64,000 nucleotides of DNA from Podarcis melisellensis (Eukaryota): the NCBI GenBank assembly GCA_964234715.1, contig OZ174275.1, one strand, 5' to 3'. Positions 52,546-64,000 of this stretch are shown in pieces; position 1 is the first letter of the stretch, and each line of letters opens with the position of its first letter. The notes beneath the pieces are model-generated. The model ran no database searches. It worked only from the letters and a program-made list of their open reading frames with translations, and was not told the DNA's origin. Position numbers and translations under genes: made by a program.

Positions 52546-55500
52546 TATGAACAATTAAAGAATGTCCTAAACATTCACAAGGCAGAATGTTCTTCTGCCT
52601 TGTGAATAAGACAATAAAATCAATATTCCTTTAATGGTTGTAGGTGGTCCCTTGATTCAATTCACCAGCAGGAGTGCAGGATATATGTATGAGAGAGAGA
52701 GAGGAGAGATTTTCAGCTTTGAATGGGCTGGTGCAGGGAGAGAGAATGCAACAGATGAAAGTTAACCTAGCTGGAGTTTGCTAGAACTGGGTATCTGGCC
52801 TACGGGTTGGTGCAAGCTGCCACCTGAGAATACAAGGGTGCTTGTGCTCTGTGTATATATTTATGAATAAAGCACATAATATGAAGGAGCCATTAACTCT
52901 CTAGTGCTCTTTGTTTTATTGGGAAAAAAATCCTCCAGTGTTTCCACTTAGTCAGAAGTGGCAAGCATGGAACAGTATTTTGGGTCATGCTTGTACAGTA
53001 GTGGACTGACTACTGTGTAAACATTGAACAACTGATTCATATGGGGGGGAATGCCAGGGAGTATATACAAAAAGTTATTGTGCAATAGCAATGTCTGAAA
53101 AGATGAGTAGATGTTTGGAATGATTTGGAAAAGGGATCCCATATGCCAGCATTTGCCACAGTTCAGCCTTCATATCCCAAACCACAATGTGCTATAGGAA
53201 GGGCGAAGTACAATAGAGAGGCTTGGCTGTGTACCCACAACATTTTAAAGTGGATTTGATGCAACCCCTGTTTTTTTGTTTGTTTTTTGTGTGAACCACA
53301 CAACATTGTCCTCCAACAGACAGCCGGTACGTCCCTTCCAAAGGCATAGTGTGGGTACTTAGTGGTTTGTTATGTGTGTAGTGTCATTTTTCTGGGTGCC
53401 ATTTTTCACCACACACACCCCTACTTCCATTGGCGAGGTAGTTCTCGGTGGGCTGCTGCTGCTGCTGGAATTATTATTATTCCCAGTGTTCTGTGCAAGG
53501 TTGGTTCATAGGAAAACTTATCTCTCAAAAACAGGAAAATTTGACACACAGGAGACTAATATCTGTGAGCATACCCACCGTGGATATCATGTTTCCAGAA
53601 CTCAGGGAAGTATTAATTACAGGAAGGGCACTGCCCACTAGTGTGGACAGGAAACATTGAGACGAGAGTTCAAATGAAAGTTCTTGCATTCACAAAACCA
53701 CATTAACACAGTGATATGTACACAACCTAAGAGTGTGAGATCTTCTTAGCAAGTTCCTCGCTCAGTCAGCCAAGAGGTAGCTGTAGGCAAGTCATTGTCA
53801 TCCCCATCTCCATCTCCTCCTTCCCATTTTCAATACAGGAATAAGTATACTGACTTATTATATAGTTCTGTTTTAAATCACTATATAAATGCTAATGATG
53901 ATATTTCCACTTGAAGACATATTTACAAAGCAACAGTTCCACATTATTTATTTAAGTGAAGCAAGCTGCATGCTGCAGGAGGAAGCAAACCTCCGCCTCC
54001 TAGGATCGTTAACCATTTTTTCAGCTATTGTTTGCTACTGAAATTTATACATCAACCATCCACTTAAACTTTACTCTTAGCCTTTCAGAATCCCATGTAA
54101 TTCAGCATACCATGTGGAGGACAGTGCGTTGCAATTAAATTAAAAACCACAAAAGAAAAAGATGAGAAACTGCAAAAAAAAGTTGAAAGCACCAGAGTAG
54201 GCTACCTGATAATAAAAGCAGAGAAAAACACTTGTGAAACAAAAGTCTGGTGTAGTACTATGATTTGCCATCCCATAGAGTGATTGCTGTATCCTGAGAT
54301 ACAATCATTTTTCAAATTTTGTAAAGAATGAAACAGCATTCAAAAAAGACCTTCAAGAACAATGGGCAGCAGCTGCAACGTTCTCCTTTTGATTTTGAAA
54401 AAAAGTGTGTGGGAGAGAGAATGTGACCTGATTGAGAAATGTAACTCGGCATCAGTAGCTTTGACCCATCCTCTTTCAAAAGAAGAGAAGTGCACCCTGA
54501 CTGAGAAAACACTGCCTGGAAAGCACATTCTCCTAATCTCTCTGAGGAAACAAGAGCCAGCTGAGCTCTACCAGGCAATAAGCCTCTCTGTTTGTTCTCC
54601 TTCAAAGAGTGACAAGAAGACCTCGCAGAGAAAAAAACAAAATAAGAAGGCCTCCTTGCTTGTCAGTAGAAGAACTGCAGAACAGCTGAGAAACAACTGC
54701 AGAATCTCCTAAGATGTACCCTATAGATACCCGAACATCTGTGAGGTCATGATCCAAAGTGGTGAAAGTTTGTTCTAATATATAGAGGGAGAGAGAAGAG
54801 AGGAATTGCTCTCTCAAAAGCTTCCTCAAGAACTTATCAGTCCACACAGACAACCATTTTAGCAGTATCTTGCACTGATATAGGGTAAACAAATAAAACT
54901 AATATCGTCACTCGCTGGGATGACAGAGCTCACCCAAGGCAGATTGGTAACTTATATGGGCTTAGAGTAATGGGGAAATAAAACATTTGCACCACTGGCA
55001 ATTTCCTTCACCAACCCCAAATTGCATTTTGAATTCGGAGGAGTTTAAAGAGTCATTTTGAAGTTCTGTGGATACAGTTTCTAAGAGGTGAAATTCAGAA
55101 GACAAAATAGCCCCTGCTGGATCACAGCCATAGATTTTGATCTCGAAATGGCAATTATCACTGAAATTAGCACTGCAATGAGTAGGTTTACTTTTACTTT
55201 TTAAAAATAACTCCCTGAAATCAAATAAAACGAGCAAAAAAATAATTCCTTTCAAACCACTAGGATATATAAATTAAAGTCTCACTTTGCACTTCATGCT
55301 AGCTTTAATAAAGCCAAGAAAGCCACAGTAAAGCAGAGGAATGCGCAGAAGTGGGTTGTAGTAATTTGGTTCACATTGTTTAATTAATAAATCCAGTAAC
55401 TCAAATGAAAATATAAAATGAAATTAAGAAAATTATGCGACTCATGCACAGGATATGCTTATCTTTGGAATATAATAGCAGAATTAGTGTGTGTGTAAAA

Positions 55501-57371
55501 GAAGAATATTGTTTGGTGAGAATACTGGGTTGTATCCAGAGGTTGAGAGAGCAGAAGAAAGCTAGGTTCAACAAATCTTTCTCCTCTCCTATCTACTTTC
55601 TATCCCCTGTACCTCTTGAAGACACTAGCCAGAGTTTGTGTGGACGGGTTGGATAGTGGGGGCTGTTGCATGCAGGGATGCACCAAAATCAGGTGAAAGG
55701 ACCTTGCAGCAGCAGAAATTCAACTCGAGAAACATCCTCCTGCCCAATTTCAGATTATTCCTCTTCTCACACTGTAATCAAGTATGATGCAGTGCCCGCC
55801 CCGCCCCCATTCAAGAGGGCCCTCAACCCACTGTAGGTGTTTTTTGTAGGGTTGGAAGGGGAAGTACAGGGGCTTCAAACAGGAGGTGGGGGACAGAAAG
55901 ATCAGTTGAGTGACCTGCCTTCTGCTCACACAAACACAGGATACAACCCATTCATAGAAAGGTTTGATGCATATCTGAATAGTTGGAAAAGCATCATGCA
56001 GCTTTCTAAGCAAATGAAAGTTTAGAAAGAGAACGGTTCATATTTATAAATGCACAAAGACTAAACTTGAGAGTGATATGAAGTTGATCACATCTCAATT
56101 TTTAAAATGCTTGGAATAGTTTTACCTATTATTTTGAAAAATTATCAATGGATTATTTTATATATCTATATATCTGAAATCCAGAGACCTTTCTGCACCC
56201 ATTTTTAGGGCCAAAGCATTCACGGAGATATTTAATCCTTTCCTCTCATACCTCTTCCTCTGAAAAGCCCTCTTCCTAAAGATGCTATTAGCTACATTTG
56301 GAAACAAATAACTTGGGCTGAATCCAGTGTTCACCTTCTGCAGATGGAAAGCCTTCTGATTTAGCATAGGGAAGATGCTGTGGAAGAGAAGGCAGATCAT
56401 TTTTCATCCCCCAACCTCTACAATGCAGCAGGTGGCTGTGGAGAGAAGTGAGGTGCCAGCAAATGTTGCCTTCCTTTCTCCCGGGGGGGACACCCCCTGA
56501 GTGGAACTTCATTTGAGCATGCTGCTACTGGCTGAGTCAAAGGCCAGCTCCGAAGCAGATGTTGCAACTTTTTGTCCCCTTATCTCTCCCATTTCTGATC
56601 TGCGCAAACACACTGCTTTGTATGGTGAAGATTTACTATATGGTGAATGGAATCTATGGGGGGGGGATGTAAATGCAGCGTAAATAAGCTGGTCACATGC
56701 CGAGAAAATACATAAGTTTGGAACGTAGTGAGAATTGACCACTTTTTAGAAGTCAGCATTAATTTAAGAGAACAAAAGCAAAAGAGGATAAAAAACCTGA
56801 TTGATTTCAAGCGGCCTCAAGTCACGAAGGATACCTGCTTTTAAAAATTCCACAATGCTTTAAAGATCTCAGACAGCCATGGAATACATTTAAGGAAGAA
56901 AAGAATCTTAGCTCAGTCAACACAGTTTTGTGTTATGTCCACCACTTCTGCTCAGAGAACAGTGAAAGAAGAAGGCTAATGGCGATGTTGTTAAAATAAA
57001 GTTAAGGAACGTATACAGACTTAGAAGCTGCAGCTTAACAAATCAAACACAAACACAAACAGTAAAATATCCATCAGTGATTCCAGTCAGCTTTCATAAC
57101 TTTTATCCACTATCTACAAATCTCAGCATTAAATATTTTCCTCTGAAGTAATTAAGAGCTCTCTGATACATTATCTTTTTTCAGTGGTAGTCTGGACATG
57201 TGTCAAGCTGCCCGTAGATAAGATGTTATGCTGAACACAGTGGAAGACAAGCCAGATGTAATGCAGAAGATAATCACTTGCATGACTGAATAAAATGAGC
57301 TCTCCCTCCTCCCAATTCAGTTTTGCAATGTAATTATTAGAATATTATTAATTCGTACCTCTGTAATAGAT

Positions 57372-57992
57372 TACCAGGTTTGCATATTAGACACTGCTTT
57401 ATGAAAGTGAGTCATGGGCTACTTACAACCGCCAGGAGCGATGCCTCAATGCCTTCCACATGTGTTATGTCAAGAAGATTTTGGGCATCACATGGCAGTC
57501 TCAAACAAAGATGTACTCTCCCAAGCCCACATTCCCAGCATGTTTGAATTTCTCTTTTAGTGATATCTCCACTGGCTTTGCCATGTCCACAAAATGGAAG
57601 GTGGCAGAATCCCCAAGGATAGCTTCAGGCACAAGGCCTGTTGGCAGATGAACTCTGCATTACAAAGACATCTGCAAGCAAGACATAAAGGCTGGCAACA
57701 CAAACCCCTCCATGTGAGAATGCCTTGCAGACCATAGCAGTGCCTGGAGTCAAGTTGTGTATCCACAGCAGTGACTAGAGGAGAAATGACCACTGGAAGA
57801 GAGAATAAATGCTATGGTGCATCTGCAGCACAGCCAGATGCCTTCTTCTGCCCCAGCTGCAACAAAACATGTGTCTCCCATATCAGCCTCTACAGCCACA
57901 GCAGGCACTGTAACTCTCCAACTGTTTCACTTCACACCCAAAGGCACAGTCTTCCACTGTCATCCGAGAGATATGGATGCCAACAGCAGACA
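57372..57992 (+). mobile_element. RTE-clade LINE 3' fragment
   Basis: TLLYESESWATYNRQERCLNAFHMCYVKKILGITWQ (RTE LLYGxETW...FHxRCLRxILxIxWQ motif), later FFCPSCNKTCVSHISLYSHSRHC, ending ggatgccaacagca. Confidence 0.85.
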
Positions 57993-58695
57993 TAGCTATG
58001 CTTCAGTTAGTTGATCCTGCTTCCCTTAGAATCAATGAGTTTAGAATGATTGAATCAAGAGTTTTACACAGATTGTGGACAGTGCTCTGGACCCAAAGAA
58101 ATATAAGTGTAATTCCATGTATTCAAACAACTAGCAGCCTCCCATGCTGCATAACGTTTTATACTTGTGGAAACTATTTCAGCATGTTATATAAATTAAC
58201 AAAAACAAGAATACTAATTTGAAACTGAATGGATTTTGCAAACAGGTTTGAATGTATGATATGGAGGTGAGCCATTCAAAGGGAAAAAATCAGAGAGATG
58301 AGCTTTTAAAAATCACCATCTTGACTTTACCCTAGGCTTTGAAGTTAAAGACACTCCAATGTTATGGGATTTCTCATGAACAACACTCCTCAGCTCAGTG
58401 ACCTCCATCAACTGGATTTAACCTTGTGATTACCAAACATCTCACCCTACAAGTATATAATGTGGGCTGAAACATGAGTAAGCATATAATGTGGGCAGTC
58501 ACATGGGTAGGACAAGTTTTAGCTGTGTGCTGTGGATCAACTTTAGGATTATGGTTTCAAATATTTGCTTTTTTTTAAAAAAAAAAGGGAAAAAAGCAGG
58601 GGGGTTGGCAATTTGCATCAAGTAAGCAGAGGGAGAAATCAGTTACAGTGCTTTGTTGTGTTAAGGCTACTACTGTTACAATCCTAACTTAGTTC

Positions 58696-58788
58696 CAGTT
58701 ACAGATAGGTAGCCGTGTTGGTCTGCCATAGTCAAAACAAAAAAAATTCCTTCCAGTAGGTGCTACTGGAAGGAATTTTTTTTGTTTT
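58696..58788. mobile_element. Penelope-like short insertion with perfect hairpin and 16-bp TSD
   Basis: Flanked by AATCCTAACTTAGTTC at 58680-58695 and 58789-58804. Perfect 26-bp inverted repeat at 58734-58759 / 58763-58788. The motif ggtagccgtgttggtctg resembles squamate Penelope pseudo-LTRs. Confidence 0.75.
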
Positions 58789-59329
58789 AATCCTAACTTA
58801 GTTCAACAGACTTATAACATCCATCGACAAGGAAGGCGTTCTTGACTTGATCCTGACCAGCTTCAGTTTAAAATGAATGGGGGGAGGCAACCCATCTCAA
58901 ACTATGCTTTTTAAAGTTAAGTTTGGGAGAAGGAGTGGGTGGATGGTGAAGAGCCCAACATCCACTCAGAAAGAATCCTAGGGGTTCTCACGCTACAACA
59001 CACAGGGAAGAAAGAGTTGCCTAAGCCAAAGAAAGATCTGGATAGGGTCTACACACGAGGATATTTCTCCCTTCCCCCTTGGTAGGCAAACAAACTGTGC
59101 TTGTGGTTACTTGCTTAGGGACTATGGATCACTGAAGAAAGCTGAAAGGGGATCGGAGGAATCCTACAGATAGGGGAATTGGCCTTTTTGTTACAACATG
59201 AAATGAGCGTGCCTAATGCAGCTCGTTGGGAGCCCCCTGCCCATATAAGCAATGCACAAAAAACCCTTATCAACCAGCCCAAACCCCATCATTAGCAGTG
59301 GGCCCTTTTTTCTGTCTCACTGACAAGCA

Positions 59330-59705
59330 CAGTGACACAGGACAGGGCCTTTCCTGTTGTGGCCATTCAACTACATAATTCTCTCAAACCTGTTGGGTTT
59401 CTGCCAAGTTAAAACTTAGCCTTTTAACTTGGCTGTAAGCTCAGTGCTACAGAACAGACTTTGCAGCTTCCTATGTTGCTATTTCTTTTCCTAAGCATTT
59501 GGAGGAAATTAGCTGGGCTGTTTAAGGTTCTTGTTTTATTCTGTTCTGCTGTATGTTATTGCTGGTTGCCTTTTAATTATTGCATTTCACTGTGCTTCTA
59601 TATGATGTTATATTCTTTTGAAATATGTTGGAAACCACACTGTGTTCATCATTTTTGATGAAGGATGATCTAGAAATTTTTGAAAGTAAAATTAAAAATT
59701 AAACA
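59330..59705 (+). mobile_element. Decayed L2 3' end
   Basis: gacagggcctttcctgttgtggcc (RAFxVVA motif), T-rich UTR, and tail ggaaaccacactgtg...gatgaaggatgatctagaaat. Confidence 0.5.
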
Positions 59706-61801
59706 AAACTGTCACATACAGAAGACCCAGCATTGAATTTAAGTCCAAATATCTTCTTTTAATTGTTATTTTCCATACTGTGTAAGTCACAGCTGAGCAA
59801 AATGAGTCTGTTTGATGGTGAAATTTTGACAAAGCACAATAGAAAGGCTTTTCAACCTTTGACTTTCATTTTGTAAAGGTATAAAAAGGATAAAATACAA
59901 GACAGGAGCCTGAATTTTAATGGCACTGCTATTGTTCTTGAGCTTCTCAAAGCCTTGTTAGCTAGTTCACTTTTCTCTTAAATCTTCTTCTGACATAGGT
60001 TATCCAGATGGAACTGAGAGCAGAATTTAACTTCTGAAGCCACAGACTGGTTAATAATTCTGTTACTGTTATGGATACATGACCCATAAGAGAACCTAAA
60101 TCTCCTTTGGCTGTTTTGGCTTAAGCTTTCTTTTTCTTCCCCACCCCCTAAAAAAACACTTCAATTTCTTTTATTCTTCAAATAATCAATTTTTTGTCTG
60201 CTATGTATGTAAGGAATGGCTGCTTTGAAACAACAAAATGTCCAACACAGAGCCCACATTTTCAGTAGCTGTTTCCAGCTGTGCATGCCAGATCCATAAA
60301 TAATTAAGGTATTGGATACTTAATGAATCACAACAATGTTAATGAAATGTAAATAGTGTACTGTGTTAATAGTGAGAATAATTATTTTTGCTTCTTTTCA
60401 AAACATATCTGATGGTATTTCTGATAGTTCAGTACTATTAAAATGCAGGTAACTAGTTTTGGTTTCAAAGGTTTTGAGATGAGAGGTTAGCATCTTTAAA
60501 TACTAGCTACACCAAAGCAAACTTAATCCTCATCTGTGTTTAGGGATCTTGAAGAATTCCAATGAAACTAAAAATGAGAACAGAAATTCCTTATTTTCCT
60601 TATTTTCCCCATGTCTTGGAATGGAAATCAATCCATTGAAAACAATTGGTGTACGCCATTCTTGCTTTCAGTCTACAAATGTTACATAATGGATTATGCC
60701 CCCGCCCCCATTTGTATAGTTTCTTTCACACTGATATGGGATGGAATAATCTAATTTACATAATTTCACCAGAATGGCTGTTGAGTTGAATAATGCATTT
60801 TTCAGTGGAAGACGAACTGTAGTGCAGCAGAAACAGTGATACATGTGAGGAATGCAGGTACGACTGAAGATTATGCATTCTTACATCACTCTCTGTATTT
60901 GTTTATTTATTTATGTAAAAGCTTACCACAATTCAAATTTTTTAACCACTCAAAAATTTCAGAACTCATAAAATGTAATGGAAGCCAAACAGAATGAGAG
61001 CCAAGTAAACAGATGATTTAATTCTAGGAGCACTGTAGTGAACTGAAACTGTGAATATTGGTTATGTGTGGATAGAAAAGCATCCCTTCCTCTTTACTAA
61101 AAGAAACAAAGCACATGGAGGGGGGAATATCAGATCTTGCATGTTTAGCATGTCTCTAACACCGTTTGCAGGCAGCTGCAAAGAACCTTCATAGGCTTTC
61201 TCCTCAGAAGTATGTAAGCCTTGGGCACATCTACTACCACCAAAAGCACTCCTTGGGAACCTAGCATTCTAGAAGCCCCAAACAAAAATCAATGCTCTTT
61301 TCAATCATTAAAGGCTGCTTGTCTGCTTGGTTTCTTTCAGGATCCTTTCCATGTCTATTAGCCTTAAACCAAACTATATCACATCAAAAGAAGAAACAGG
61401 CCTTCTCTTTTAGTGATGTAGTACAGCAAATAAATAGAGTGTCACAATCCAGTTACACATCAGAGAAATTTATTCAAAGAATATATGAAGAAAATAATTA
61501 TGAGACAATCTGTAGCAGACATAAAGATATATAAATGTTGGACATGATTCCCGTCATTCTATAAAGAATGACGGGGCTGGGAGGGGAATCATGTCCAAAA
61601 AGCCTTTAAAGTTATATAATGCCCTCAGGCTTGAAAACACAGAACTATGATCACTGACAAGAGTCAGCTTGTCAGTCTGTCTTTCAGACATTTGGATTTT
61701 GACTACTCACATAATACCATACACAGGAAGAACTTCCTTCCATATCTTTACTTCATATCGAAAAACTATTGATTGGAACCAACCACAAATTAACCTAAGA
61801 T

Positions 61802-62300
61802 CAGTGTTTCTCAACCTTTTTTAACCCACACCCCCATTTAACTAATATAAAAGTCCCATGCTTCCTAATTCATTTATTTGAATTTTCAAAAGGATTGGAA
61901 TATTATGACACTTAATAATAAATAGTAATAAAACCCAATCAAAGAGCTGGCTTCAATTATGATGCATGCTTCTCACAATCTTTTGGGTTCAGGGCACCAT
62001 GGAAGATAGACAACATTTTAGGTCACTTTCAGCATCCAAACCGTTGCATTGTTTTGTTTCAACAGCTATAACAGCAGAGAAACCAGCTTCATAAGGCATG
62101 TGGATGAAAATGGCATAATGATGCACAGAGTCTGTTCTCCTGTTTTGGGGTATACAGGGACATATTTTTGCCCAATTCTTTCCAAAGAAAATTGTTTGAA
62201 ATCATGCTTGGCAGCTGAATCACACCTGAGTTCCAAAAATTCCTCTTGGAGATGCTCTGGCAAGGACTGAACATTAGTGATAAAAGGGTTCCTCACAGCA
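61802..62300 (-). mobile_element. hAT-Charlie/Buster-type transposon end with transposase C-terminal relic
   Basis: TIR CAGTGTTTCTCAACCTTTTT at 61802. Minus strand RNPFITNVQSLPEHLQEEFLELRCDSAAKHDFKQFSLE...YPK...PFSSTCL, then after a frameshift EAGFSAVIAVETKQCNGLDAESDLKCCLSSMVP*, matching the hAT dimerisation domain (PFxSTYLCExGFSxxxxxKTKxRNRL). Confidence 0.88.
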
Positions 62301-62924
62301 TGCTCTACAATCAGCAGAATACTCTGGCAGTGGGAACTGAGCAGACTATTTCATATTGTCTGCAGAAGCAAGTTGCCAACCAATGAAACCTTTACAGGTG
62401 GTTCCTAGGTAGTCACAGTAGACATAGTCAGCATGTCTGGAAGCAGTGGTTGGACCTGGTTGGGCATTGGCTGTGATTAGGAAGTCTACCACTTCTCTCT
62501 TTGTGGTGATTATATGTGTTTAATTGCTGTAATGTAGTAATGTATAATCAGTTTAAAGGGAAAGCCCCATCTATAGCAGATACACATTCCAGTGCAGAAA
62601 CAGATATCTCTTCTTCTCTGATGAGTCTGGGTGCTGAGATTATTTTAATAATTATTTTAATAATTTGTGCCAGACCAGTATAGAGATGGGGGAATCAAAT
62701 TAACACCTACCAATTTTGGCAGATGTCACCGTAACTGGCCCCGCAAATTGGCATAATTCTATGAAGTGTACTGAAAAATACTCTCTCATGCTCTCTTTTT
62801 CCTTATATATATTCAACAGCATGCACAGATTTGGGTGCAATGGCATTTGCAAGTACACATGCTAAACAGTGGCATATAACTCACCTGTGAAAGGCTAACA
62901 TTGGCTAAACCTAGAAATATACCT

Positions 62925-63049
62925 GCTCAGTTGGTAGAGCATGAGACTCTTAATCTCAGGGTTTCAACCCCAAATTGGGTGAAATATTACTGCATTGCAG
63001 GGGATTGGAATAAATGACCTTTGTGGTCCCTTCCAACACTGCAATTCTA
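62925..63049 (+). mobile_element. tRNA-derived SINE with CR1-like tail (family of 19939)
   Basis: GCTCAGTTGGTAGAGCATGAGACTCTTAATCTCAGGG head and ctgcattgcagggg...gtcccttccaacac...attcta tail. Confidence 0.8.
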
Positions 63050-64000
63050 ACCCTGCTTATGCAAAGGTATTCCTGTTCCTCTTGAATTCTTTTTAACAAA
63101 CAGCTAAGAAGTCAGCTCAGTCTCATTCTGCCATCTAACAGCAAAAAACAAATTCAACCTCTTGCTGCTGAAAGGGTGGCAAATTGGTTGCTGCTGACAG
63201 CTGAGTTACTCTAAACAGTCTTTAACGGTTTTGAATGAGAGCCCTCAGAAAGTACAGGTCTTTAATGGGAATTGGCTGAATTCCATTATTTGGTGCATAA
63301 GAGGGATTTTACAACAACTAAAATAGACACTGTGTCACAATTAAATTGTTTTTTTGTTTTGTTTTTCTGCAAGCCACCATCTTCATGCATGGATAGTAAT
63401 GATAACACTTTCCCCCTCTAACTCAATTTGATTCATAGCCATGACACTTAATTTGTTCCTCTAAAGCAGGAAAAACTGGATAACCAAAGGATATGATCAG
63501 TACATGACTTATTTTTCCTTTTATACAGTAATTACTCAGAGAACAATATTTTCTTGAGCATAGTTATAATTTGGAGTTGAATATATCTCTGAAAATATTT
63601 TATTCCATTATACACAATGGCAAAGAATATAGTATTTGGAAATATACCCAGAAGGGGAAATCTCTTTGGCATAGTAGCCCCATCCATTTCTTTAATAGTC
63701 AAAACAAAATGAACACAGTACTTAAAGTAATAGGTTTTTAAATGTTTTCTGAGATGAAGTGGTACTCACTCCAGAGCATTTAATTCAGTACTGCACAGTT
63801 AGAAAATTGGAAAGAATGAACAATTTGTTGTAGTGTATTTGGTTGTGTAGACACAATGCTGTTCTTATCAGTATTATGATGCAATCTGCCACATTATTAT
63901 ATATTTGTACAAAAGCTGACATATGCAAAGCTGAGTTTCCAATGCTTTCTTTTTCAACCCTTAGGAAACTGCCTAGGTGGCACACAGAAAACATTACTGT

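Noticed and set aside
26513-64000. Upstream LRP1B exon 3 (LDLa repeat) or a nested protein-coding gene
   Set aside because: I saw no LDLa-type Cys/acidic motif with splice sites. This is consistent with a very long intron, though a small exon could have been missed by eye.
1-64000. CRISPR array, prokaryotic defence system or viral insertion
   Set aside because: No regularly spaced repeats, operon-like ORFs or viral coding remnants; the sequence is vertebrate intron/exon DNA.

Overview
Vertebrate nuclear DNA, probably from a lacertid-type lizard (inferred from Squam-type SINEs and squamate-style L2/CR1/Penelope/MITE repeats). The window lies within an LRP1B-type gene (LDL receptor-related protein 1B) on the minus strand. 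Four coding exons can be placed to the base with canonical AG/GT boundaries: 26512-26393 (120 bp), 25418-25290 (129 bp), 16571-16314 (258 bp) and 2213-2051 (163 bp). They splice in one open frame encoding EGF, Ca-binding EGF and the start of the first YWTD beta-propeller, and match my recollection of human LRP1B exons 4-7. The rest is intronic: 974 bp, 8.7 kb and 14.1 kb introns plus more than 37 kb of the upstream intron, filled with decayed LINEs (L1, L2, CR1, RTE), tRNA-derived SINEs, LTR-like pieces, a hAT transposase relic and many MITEs, several with recognisable TSDs. Nearly all ORFs in the supplied track are spurious. I found no convincing previously undescribed biological system. The best leads are a pristine Penelope-like hairpin insertion with a 16-bp TSD, a nested MITE whose TSD copies decayed reciprocally at a CpG, strand bias of LINE fragments, and LRP1-like residues in this LRP1B-type gene. 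Repeat family names are from memory and need Dfam/Repbase confirmation.
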